Shown here one piece after another: positions 45,578-52,687 of a DNA stretch of 52,687 nucleotides. The number at the start of each line of letters is the position of its first letter. The first letter of the stretch is position 1. The DNA is taken from positions 1-52,687 of the forward strand of contig JAUZRK010000018.1 in NCBI GenBank assembly GCA_030950485.1. Reading direction: 5' to 3'. Source of the stretch: Candidatus Dojkabacteria bacterium (GTDB lineage: Bacteria > Patescibacteriota > Dojkabacteria > J137). The position numbers were made by a program, and so were the translations under genes. A model generated the notes under the pieces. The model searched no databases and had not been told where the DNA came from. It was given only the letters and a program-made list of their open reading frames with translations.

Positions 45578-46729
45578 CTACTGCTCTAGCCAATGTGTAT
45601 ATCCTTTATCGAACATATGCTGTTGTAGTTTTAGTTTTATTTCTTTACTACCTCCTTTGAAGATATCTAATAGTAGTTTTGGTAAAACTCTAGCAATCTC
45701 TATTTCTCCATTAGCAACAGTACCATCTAAACTAGTGACGGCTAAATAAGTTAAGAATTGTGCCAATACTCTCTTTAAATTTGTTAATTCTAAAACCTCT
45801 TCCCAAGTAAAATCTTTATCCGTATCAGATTCAACGAACTCCTCATCTACCTAATTCCTAGGAATTAGGATTTTCTCAAGTGCATCAATAGCAACATAGG
45901 CTGCAGGCTGATTTTGTAACGATGATAGAAATTCAACTCCAATTCTTTGTTTCGCTTTAAACTTATCTGGAAGTAAACCATTAAAGTCGATATCTACTCG
46001 TCTGATCATGTTATCAATAACAATCTGAGCTTCATCATTAGATAAGTTTCCATTAGTTCTTATAAGAGTATAAAATGTTGCAGTATTATCTTCGGTTCCC
46101 CCAGATCTGGACTCTTTACTAGTTTTTAATATACCAAAGACAATTCCGTTACCTCTAACCCTTCTTTTACTATCAACTAATTGATTATAAAGATCTTCCA
46201 TGAAGGTAAGTATTGAGACTACATCATTATCGGGTTTAAAAATCTCTTTTTCAGAAAGAGGTAAGTATGTTCTAATTCTAAATCCTTGCTTTTGGTACTG
46301 CATGTCAGTTATCGTATTTGCTTGGATTCCAATCTTTAAAGTTTGGAAAAATTCTGGTATTGTTTTAAAGTCGTTATAAAGAAAATTAGCCGCTTCTGCA
46401 ATTTCTCTAATCCCCATTTTGTGATTTTTAAAGACTGGACTAACTTCGTCTACAAACCATTCACTTGTATCAATAACTACATCTTTAATTTCTATTTGTT
46501 TATTAAGCAACCGTAACTCGGAATAGGTACATTTCAATCTACCTAACCTTAGTCTAAGATCAGCAGGAGACATATTTTGCATTTCAGCTGCTGCTACTAT
46601 TGCTCCTCGAAGTGCAGAGCCTTGAATCTCAATAACTAGTTCATTCCCTTCATGATCAAACTTGTAAAAGTCATCATTAAAAAAGTTATCGAATTCTGAA
46701 TTTTTAGCTTCTAAATAACGCTCGGACAT
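45578..46729 (-). CDS. Hypothetical protein; the 292-aa ORF continues in frame past a TAG (45851-45853) for 90 more codons
   Basis: After ..ILIPRN-TAG the same frame reads VDEEFVESDTDKDFTWEEVLELTNLKRV and runs into ORF 45578..45766 (62 aa) without interruption. No recognised motif. Confidence 0.5.
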
Positions 46730-46838
46730 ATGTTTCTATTAATCGGCAACATTATGTTATGTATATATCATTTTAAGAAGCAAAGTTTTGTTTAATTGTA
46801 CTGTAAAGTGAAATAATGTATCTATATAAATAATTCAA

Positions 46839-47501
46839 ATGAGCTTTTTAGAGATACTAATACTAACATTTTCTGTTTCTGCAATGAGCGTAGTAGCCCT
46901 TGGTTGGTTTCTTTATGTAACATCTAAAATAAAGGCAAAAAACTCTGGAAATGCCTCTGATGAATTGAGAAGGATGGAGCTAATGAAGCTAGAATTTGAT
47001 TATGCAAAAGAATCCTCTATAAATGCTCAACAAGATAGATTAACTCTAGTAAACTTCTATATCGGACTATACGCTGGTTTCTCAACTTTAAGTTTTGGTG
47101 TTAGTGAGATTCTAAGTAACGAGAAAATCTCTAATATATTACCAGTAGCATTTGTTGGTCTTGGTCTGATCTCATATGTTTTTATCTTACAATTAGTAAG
47201 GCTTAGGCAAGCTTGGATAGAATCAGTTAGAGTGATGAATAGAATTAAAAGTTACTTTTTAGAGCGAGACTCTAGTTTAAGAAACTATATAATTTGGAAT
47301 ACTGAAAGTATTCCTAAAGCTGAGAAATTTAAAACTCTAAATTATCTCTCTGCAATACTGATTGCTGTAATGGGAGGGGCCGCTATTTCAATGGGAATTT
47401 TAATAGCAAATGGAAATGGAATATTATCAGTACTTCTTGGACTTACTTTCTCGGTTCTCTCTATAACAAGCTATCATTTGATGCTTAAGTATAAGGTTTA
47501 A
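46839..47501 (+). CDS. Multi-pass membrane protein, divergent from 45578..46729
   Basis: N-terminal TM, a charged helical linker, a 2-TM hairpin followed by RLRQAWIESVRVMNRIKSYFLER, and two further C-terminal TMs. Confidence 0.55.
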   Translation: MSFLEILILTFSVSAMSVVALGWFLYVTSKIKAKNSGNASDELRRMELMKLEFDYAKESSINAQQDRLTLVNFYIGLYAGFSTLSFGVSEILSNEKISNILPVAFVGLGLISYVFILQLVRLRQAWIESVRVMNRIKSYFLERDSSLRNYIIWNTESIPKAEKFKTLNYLSAILIAVMGGAAISMGILIANGNGILSVLLGLTFSVLSITSYHLMLKYKV

Positions 47502-47606
47502 GGCAAAAATCAAAAGTATAAAGTATAAAGTCAAAAGGCATAAGATATAAGACATAAGACATAAGGCAGAAGAAAAAATACAAAAGCAAAAGGCAGAAGT
47601 AAAAAC
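47501..47606. repeat. 7-nt-periodic A-rich intergenic tract
   Basis: tcaaaag tataaag tataaag tcaaaag gcataag atataag acataag acataag gcagaag aaaaaat acaaaag caaaagg: about 14 consecutive heptads of the form nnnWAAG. Confidence 0.8.
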
Positions 47607-47700
47607 TCATGTATAAACATTCTGTGTAAATCTGTTTAATTAGTTCGATCAGTGTTCTATTGCTTTTAGCTGCTAATTATGACATTTACTTTGGTGTTAA

Positions 47701-47780
47701 CCCTGAATCGAGTTCAGGGATTCAGGAGGAGTACAATAGTAATTAATAGTAACTTATTGTTTATTGATTACTCACTTACT
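47701..47780. repeat. Hairpin ccctgaa/ttcaggg (family 4) followed by a family-5 tagtaac-word repeat
   Basis: ccctgaatcgagttcagggattcagg (47701-47726), then gtacaatagtaattaatagtaacttattgtttattgattac. Overlaps the 3' end of the transferase gene. Confidence 0.55.
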
Positions 47781-48599
47781 CTTCATTAGTAGAATCAAGA
47801 ATTTAATTATCCCACCCCAAGCTCTTTTAAACCTTTTCCAAATCATTTTAGGATTTCCTCGTTCGCTGAAGAATGGTCTTAATATTCCTTCAAGGCCAAA
47901 ATTAGAAATTATCTTTGGTACTTTTCTTTTAGAACCTGAAACATAATCAAAAGTTCCTCCAAGACAAAATGTAACCATTGGTTTTAGCTTCTCTTTATTT
48001 CTATTAGCCCATTTCTCTTGTTTAATTGGTCCATATGCCATGAATAAAATATCGGGATCAGCTTTGTTTACAATATTTATAATTTCATCTTCTTCTGAAA
48101 TATCTGCCGAACCGGAATATAATCCTACAATATTAATATTTGGATACAGCCCTTCTAACTTGTTTTTTGTTAGCTCTCCCGTATTACCCTCTCCAAAATC
48201 AAATCCTCCGAGTAAAAATACTTTATATTTATTATCTTCAGCTAATTTACTAACGTCGTAAATAATTTCAGATCCAGATAATTTTTCTTTAATTTCATCT
48301 TTAAAGAATTTTTTATTAAATATAGCTCCAAGTAAACATTTAATCATTGGCTTATAAACTCCGCTTAAGCTCATATACTTTAAACCTAGAGATATTCCAA
48401 ACCCATCGGCAATACTTATATCTGAACCATTAATTACTTTTTTAAAATCTTCGTCTTTTTGTGCATTTATTATGAACTCAGAGTATGGGGTTACAACGTA
48501 GCTTGGTCGTTTGTCTTTTATTAGTCTATCAACTTCAGATATGAATTCATCTTTTGTTAGGTTGTTTATTTTTATTCCTAATAATTTCTTCTCTTCCAT
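47772..48599 (-). CDS. tagA: WecB/TagA/CpsF-family glycosyltransferase
   Basis: VVTPYSEFIINAQKD, ADGFGISLGLKY, KVFLLGG, PDILFMAYGPIKQEKW and CLGGTFDYVSGSKRKVP match the family pattern. Confidence 0.7.
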   Translation of the reverse strand: MEEKKLLGIKINNLTKDEFISEVDRLIKDKRPSYVVTPYSEFIINAQKDEDFKKVINGSDISIADGFGISLGLKYMSLSGVYKPMIKCLLGAIFNKKFFKDEIKEKLSGSEIIYDVSKLAEDNKYKVFLLGGFDFGEGNTGELTKNKLEGLYPNINIVGLYSGSADISEEDEIINIVNKADPDILFMAYGPIKQEKWANRNKEKLKPMVTFCLGGTFDYVSGSKRKVPKIISNFGLEGILRPFFSERGNPKMIWKRFKRAWGGIIKFLILLMKSK

Positions 48600-48603
48600 T
48601 TAT

Positions 48604-49269
48604 TTAATAAAAGTAATCTATAATATCATAAATGTTATTTACATTGGATCTCTTGTCTTCTAGGTTAAAGTCTGAGGAAACGTATTTCCAGTCTACTGGA
48701 AGATTATGTTTTAAATGATTTGAGTTTATATAAGTCAGATGTTTGGTGAAATCGTTGTGATTTCGAATGTAATGGTCGTGGAATGATTTTTGCCATTTGA
48801 ATTTTGGGTAAATATTTGGCATATTCTCTTTCAATATATCCAGTTCATTAGCAAACTTATCTATCTTTGCTTTAGGTTGATAATACCGATAATGAAGGCG
48901 ACAATGGCCATTGTCGCCTTCATTATCTCCGGTTAGATTGTAATTCTTTAAAGCTCCATCGCTGCATCCCATTGCTATATTTATATTTCTTGAAACATGT
49001 CTTTTTAAAAACTGCATAATTTTCGAATGATTCCCAATCTCATAATTAGGTTTGATTAACAAATGAAAATGATCATACATTAATGCAAAACCATATAGTT
49101 TAAACTTATGTATTTCCTTACATAAAATTAGCTCTTTCATCCAAATCTCAGCTAAATATGAATCTTCAAAGTAAGGATATCTCTTAAATGTATTTGATGT
49201 AATGAAATATATTAAGTTCTCATTATTAATTCTCTTTTGTGAATCTTTATGAAATTTGCCGAATTTCAT
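48604..49269 (-). CDS. IS200-like Y1 (HUH) transposase / REP-associated tyrosine transposase (RAYT)-like
   Basis: HUH motif YDHFHLLIKP. Late FKWQKSFHDHYIR and the catalytic-Tyr region HLTYINSNHLKH. Single gene without a tnpB partner. Carries a REP-like palindrome inside an insertion between the two motif regions. Confidence 0.75.
   Translation of the reverse strand: MKFGKFHKDSQKRINNENLIYFITSNTFKRYPYFEDSYLAEIWMKELILCKEIHKFKLYGFALMYDHFHLLIKPNYEIGNHSKIMQFLKRHVSRNINIAMGCSDGALKNYNLTGDNEGDNGHCRLHYRYYQPKAKIDKFANELDILKENMPNIYPKFKWQKSFHDHYIRNHNDFTKHLTYINSNHLKHNLPVDWKYVSSDFNLEDKRSNVNNIYDIIDYFY
48888..48927. repeat. Perfect 40-nt palindrome (REP-like hairpin, family 2) inside the RAYT coding sequence
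   Basis: gataatgaaggcgacaatgg|ccattgtcgccttcattatc. Read in frame on the minus strand it encodes DNEGDNGHCRLHY. GC-rich relative to the gene. Confidence 0.95.
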
Positions 49270-49277
49270 ATGATAAT

Positions 49278-49320
49278 ATAATAGTTACTATTAATTACTA
49301 TAAGTTACTTTTAAGTTCTA
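49278..49320. repeat. Family-5 tagtaac-word repeat (diverged copy)
   Basis: ataatagttactattaattactataagttacttttaagttc, in the divergent RAYT/49364 intergenic region. Confidence 0.5.
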
Positions 49321-49363
49321 TTGACTAAGAAAAACTTTTCATTGTAAGTATCTCGAAAGAAAC

Positions 49364-50269
49364 ATGAACAATTATCAAATTACAAACATAGGTTGGAGAG
49401 GAAATGATAAACATAGCTATTATCCAATTCTAGAGTTAAAGGACTCTGAAAAAAAAGATATACCCTTAAAAGATTATGTATTTAACTTTAGATTGAGTGA
49501 AGAAAAATTCTGTACTGGTTATTATGAATTTTATGATAATGGTAACTACTATCCATGTCCTTTAAATAACAAAGTCGAATCAAAGACTGAGGATCAATGT
49601 AACTTCTGCGAATCGAAATTTGGTTTTAAGTCGACATTTTTTTACGGTAAAAATCCGAATGAGAGTATGCGTAATTTTATGAAACAAGATTTCCTTGTCT
49701 ATCTGACTTTCTTTTACCCTAACATAATAAAGGTTGGAACTACTTCAGCTAAAAGGTCTGGAAGAAGACTTATTGACCAGGATGCTCTACTCTATTTTTT
49801 TATAGCAAAAGGTGACGCTTATCAGGTTTTAGCTTTGGAAAAATACATCTCAAAGAATTTCGATATAATAGAAAGAGTGAGTTCTAGAAAAAAGTTGAAG
49901 AATATAGAATTTAATAATTTATCTAAAAAACATCATGATTTATTAATCTCAACATATCAGTCTATTTATCCAAAATTGAAGGATAAAGAGAAATTTAAAG
50001 ATATGCTGTATTCGCCAGATAATATAGCTATTGTAGATTTTACAAAAATAGATTTATTATATTTTCCAGATCGAAAGGTTAATTTAATGAAAGATGAGTT
50101 AATTTTAAATGGTAAATTCTTAGGTTTAAGAGGGAAATATTTACTTTTAGAAAATGATGAGCAGATATTTGCTTTTGAAAGAAATTATTTAGTTGGCCGA
50201 AAGGTTGTAGAGTATGTTGAGGATTGGAGATATAAGGTTGATGAGCCAGAGCAGTTGAGCTTGTTGTAG
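49364..50269 (+). CDS. Hypothetical Cys-cluster (zinc-ribbon-like) protein, possibly DUF2797-like
   Basis: CTGYYEF..YYPCP...CNFCESKF cysteine pairs, followed by LVYLTFFYPNIIKVGTTSAKRSGRRLIDQDAL. The family assignment is from memory only. Confidence 0.3.
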   Translation: MNNYQITNIGWRGNDKHSYYPILELKDSEKKDIPLKDYVFNFRLSEEKFCTGYYEFYDNGNYYPCPLNNKVESKTEDQCNFCESKFGFKSTFFYGKNPNESMRNFMKQDFLVYLTFFYPNIIKVGTTSAKRSGRRLIDQDALLYFFIAKGDAYQVLALEKYISKNFDIIERVSSRKKLKNIEFNNLSKKHHDLLISTYQSIYPKLKDKEKFKDMLYSPDNIAIVDFTKIDLLYFPDRKVNLMKDELILNGKFLGLRGKYLLLENDEQIFAFERNYLVGRKVVEYVEDWRYKVDEPEQLSLL

Positions 50270-50316
50270 GGCAATTCATTAATGGCCCCTATTTGTACAA
50301 AATATTTTTGGGGTGT

Positions 50317-50348
50317 CCCTCACCTTAGCCCTCTCCCAGGAGAGGGAG
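50317..50348. repeat. GC-rich palindromic repeat (family 3), inverted copy
   Basis: ccctcaccttagccctctcccaggagagggag is approximately the reverse complement of 28681-28708. Confidence 0.7.
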
Positions 50349-50354
50349 TCTGAA

Positions 50355-50388
50355 TAATGAAGGCGACAATGATCATTGTCGCCTTCAT
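50355..50388. repeat. REP-like hairpin (family 2), intergenic copy
   Basis: aatgaaggcgacaatg at cattgtcgccttcatt. The 16-bp arms are identical to the palindrome inside the RAYT gene. Confidence 0.9.
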
Positions 50389-50471
50389 TGATGTAACCTT
50401 CGTTATTGCCGTTTCTTATATGAATACAATAATTCTTGATCATTTGAAAAACTAAAAAGCTAACAAATAAT

Positions 50472-51185
50472 TTGAATGATATAATATTAAATATGTTAAA
50501 AGGAGAATCAGAGCTATTATCAAAAAGAAATATTACCGAGAATGTTTTGGAACTGACTTATTCAGTTCCAAATGACCTAACATTCATCCCCGGTCAATTT
50601 ATGAATATTTCCGTAACGGCTCCATATAGAAGACCTTATTCTATTCTTGATATGAAGGATGGAGAAGTAAGTTTTATGATTGGGGTTGGTGAACCTGGAA
50701 AAGGCTCGGACTATTTTAAAGAAGTAGAGATTGGATCAAAGACTACTTTAATGGGTCCGCTTGGTAGATTTAAGCTGAATGATTCATCGAATAAAAAAAT
50801 ATTTATTGCTACAGGTGTTGGAATTGTTCCTTTTATCCCTATGATTAAAGAACTTTTAAACCCAGCTGATGGAGTTAAAATAGAGACTGAATTATTTTTT
50901 GGAGCTAGGTTTTTAAATGATACAAAAGTTGTAACTGATTATTTAGGAGATCTTATTACTACGGATAACAATCTAATTGTTATGAATGCGATAACAAAGC
51001 CTGAGCATGATGAATTAGATTTTTTTCATGGAAGAGTTAATGTTTTAATTGATAGCCGAAAAGATAATATTGATTTTAGAAATACTGATTTTTATGTGTG
51101 TGGAAGTAATGAAATGATTAAGGGTGTACGAACTCAACTTAAAGAGTTAGGTGCTGATCAGATATTTATGGAGAATTATGGATAG
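50472..51185 (+). CDS. Ferredoxin-NADP reductase-like FAD/NAD(P)-binding oxidoreductase
   Basis: RRPYSI (RxYS FAD motif), IFIATGVGIVPFIPMI (NAD(P) G-x-G motif) and a C-terminal YVCGSNEMIKGV. The TTG at 50472 or the ATG at 50493 is the start. Confidence 0.6.
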   Translation: MNDIILNMLKGESELLSKRNITENVLELTYSVPNDLTFIPGQFMNISVTAPYRRPYSILDMKDGEVSFMIGVGEPGKGSDYFKEVEIGSKTTLMGPLGRFKLNDSSNKKIFIATGVGIVPFIPMIKELLNPADGVKIETELFFGARFLNDTKVVTDYLGDLITTDNNLIVMNAITKPEHDELDFFHGRVNVLIDSRKDNIDFRNTDFYVCGSNEMIKGVRTQLKELGADQIFMENYG

Positions 51186-51296
51186 GAGTTAAAAAGTAAT
51201 AAGTCAGAAGTAAAATTAATAAAAAGTAACAAAAACTAGTATATTCTTAGAGTTAGGTTTTATATTGTAAAATAAAATAATTATTAATTTAATAGT

Positions 51297-51722
51297 ATGG
51301 GGATTTGGGGACGAAATGATCATTCTGATGATACATCAGCGGCGTTAGACAGTACTTTAGCAAATGAACGAAGTGAAGTGGAGGTCGCAAAAGAATATGT
51401 AAATGAAACTACAGCTGCTATGGTTTTTAAAAGAACTGAAAGTGGGGCTTATACTAATGTGGTTATTTCTCCAACCAATAATTCTCATAAATTAGATGAT
51501 ATTAAAGGCGACGGATTAGATTTAGGAAATTCTCATGCTATTTCTGGGAGCGGTAATAGTCCGACTGATAGGCTCATTGATATTATAGAATTGACAATGT
51601 TAAGTTCTGTAAAACCAGCTGATAAAAAGAATATTAAATCGGTTATGAATGGAATAGAGAGGGGTAAGTCTCAAATAGAAAGAACATTAACAGAGGTTGA
51701 AAGACAGGCGGCGCTCCTGTAA
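51297..51722 (+). CDS. Hypothetical protein, possibly the first part of a gene broken by frameshifts
   Basis: 141 aa with no motif. Two further open segments follow in other frames (51701-51820 and 51762..51947) and meet at the T7 run 51798-51804. Confidence 0.4.
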   Translation: MGIWGRNDHSDDTSAALDSTLANERSEVEVAKEYVNETTAAMVFKRTESGAYTNVVISPTNNSHKLDDIKGDGLDLGNSHAISGSGNSPTDRLIDIIELTMLSSVKPADKKNIKSVMNGIERGKSQIERTLTEVERQAALL

Positions 51723-52086
51723 CGGTTTCATTAGCTATAAACGAATTTAAACAAGCTGATCGTGCTAATGCAATGTCACCATATTCTAATTCTGCTGTTT
51801 TTTTACTATCGAATTGGTATACCAAGTGAAGCAAATGGAGTTGCCCAAATTACTGAAGTAGGTTATTTTGAATCTAGTAAAATTATTCCTTCAGAATCTG
51901 ATCATGGGGCACTTGCAGAAGAGATCTCAAATCGAATCACTACCTAGTAGTATACTTTAAGGTATTAGCCTACGACTCGGTAGAAATATACAAAGATGTA
52001 CACGCATCTCTAAATAGAAATTATAAAATACATTTGTTTAATACTTTTGTTATCTGTTTATTGTTTTCTTCTATATCCCCGTCCCT

Positions 52087-52612
52087 TTAAAACGCGTGCG
52101 GGAGTTTATTAAGTTCAATATAATCACCTCTAAATTCTGTAGGAGTATTTTTATAGAAACTCTTAACCATCTCTGTACTTAATCTAGGAAATCCTTTTGA
52201 ATCATTTTTATCTCTATTCTTAAATTCCTTTTCAATGTAACCCTCTTTAGAGTAGTTTTGAACAGTAAGATGAACTACATCAACTTTAACTTTTTCTTTT
52301 AAATTTTTAAGTTGATCTGATGCCGTTGTATTTTTAGGTTTATAGTCTGAAAAACCTCCCCATTTATATGAATCATTCATTATAAATTCATCACTTAACT
52401 CATAATCAGAAGGATCGATGAAAATTAAATGATCAGCTCCAAACTCTTGAAGCTTTGAAAGTGTGAGACATGCTTCTACAGCTCCGTCACTAACAGATAT
52501 AACTGTATATTTTCTTGTTTTAAAACTTCGCTTTAGATACTTAATTGCTTGTGTTAACTCGTGAACTTGAGTTTTGAAATCATCAAAAGAATGGGGTTTA
52601 TTAACTGAATGT
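52087..52612 (-). pseudogene. Alpha/beta-hydrolase-like gene remnant lacking a start, abutting a (TA)n tract
   Basis: The frame of ORF 52087..52380 is open upstream to 52612 without any ATG (HSVNKPHSFDDFKTQVHELTQAIKYLKRSFKTRKYTVISVSDGAVEACL..). It has a nucleophile-elbow-like SVSDG. Directly preceded by the TA microsatellite. Confidence 0.4.
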
Positions 52613-52643
<31 letters not shown>

Positions 52644-52687
52644 GATCTGCTCTAGATTTTGAAAGATTTATAAATGAATGTTGAAAA

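Noticed and set aside
3912-51834. Antisense or embedded ORFs: 3912..4319, 6519..6737, 10528..10821, 12294..12488, 14618..14812, 16680..17057, 18004..18192, 19748..20086, 20549..20956, 23645..23830, 25363..25563, 27893..28126, 35511..35777, 38105..38287, 39202..39390, 39306..39599, 39747..39965, 42269..42484, 43463..43663, 47764..47946, 48040..48261, 50079..50279, 51643..51834
   Set aside because: Each lies entirely within, and opposite to or out of frame with, a longer ORF that has recognisable motifs or better coding character. Their translations are low-complexity Ser/Leu/Phe/Ile-rich, as expected for shadow frames.

Overview
AT-rich (about 30% GC by eye) bacterial chromosomal window. Most genes use the standard code: ORFs of up to 960 codons contain no internal TGA, and TGA, TAG and TAA all end genes. 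No rRNA, tRNA or CRISPR array was found. Gene content fits a reduced-genome, Gram-positive-type or CPR/Patescibacteria-like organism (inference). Recognisable genes are nth, a 3'-truncated uvrB, uvrC, ung, alaS behind a T-box leader, two P-type ATPases, dedA, mraY, a Mur ligase, def, a LepB-like protein, nrdR, greA, two tandem NrnA-like DHH genes, a TagA/WecG transferase, Nudix, two CYTH proteins and an IS200-like/RAYT transposase. Four things stand out. (1) At least nine in-frame stop codons (6 TAA, 2 TAG, 1 TGA) are followed by same-frame coding sequence. In GreA, a CYTH protein and a PNPOx-like protein the conserved domain simply continues past the TAA. There are also five or six frameshifts at homopolymer runs. 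This means pervasive pseudogenisation, recoding/readthrough, or consensus errors; the sequence alone cannot decide. (2) A 12-kb co-oriented minus-strand block (13.7-25.5 kb) encodes lineage-specific envelope proteins: a YggT-like protein, a secreted protein fused through a TAA to a Cys-rich VirB2/TrbC-like two-helix domain, a bitopic 391-aa protein, a 960-aa polytopic VirB6/TrbL-like protein, and a roughly 1170-codon hyper-charged repeat protein. No ATPase is in the window. (3) Several non-coding repeat families are present: a GC-rich structured element of about 110 nt with 5-6 copies in the first 10 kb, a 40-nt perfect REP-like palindrome inside the RAYT gene itself with a second copy 1.4 kb away, GC-rich palindromes, and widespread 7-nt-periodic intergenic tracts. 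(4) Some housekeeping genes are degenerate or atypical: uvrB lacks helicase domain 2, the LepB-like protein lacks the catalytic Ser and Lys, and Nth lacks the Fe-S cysteines.
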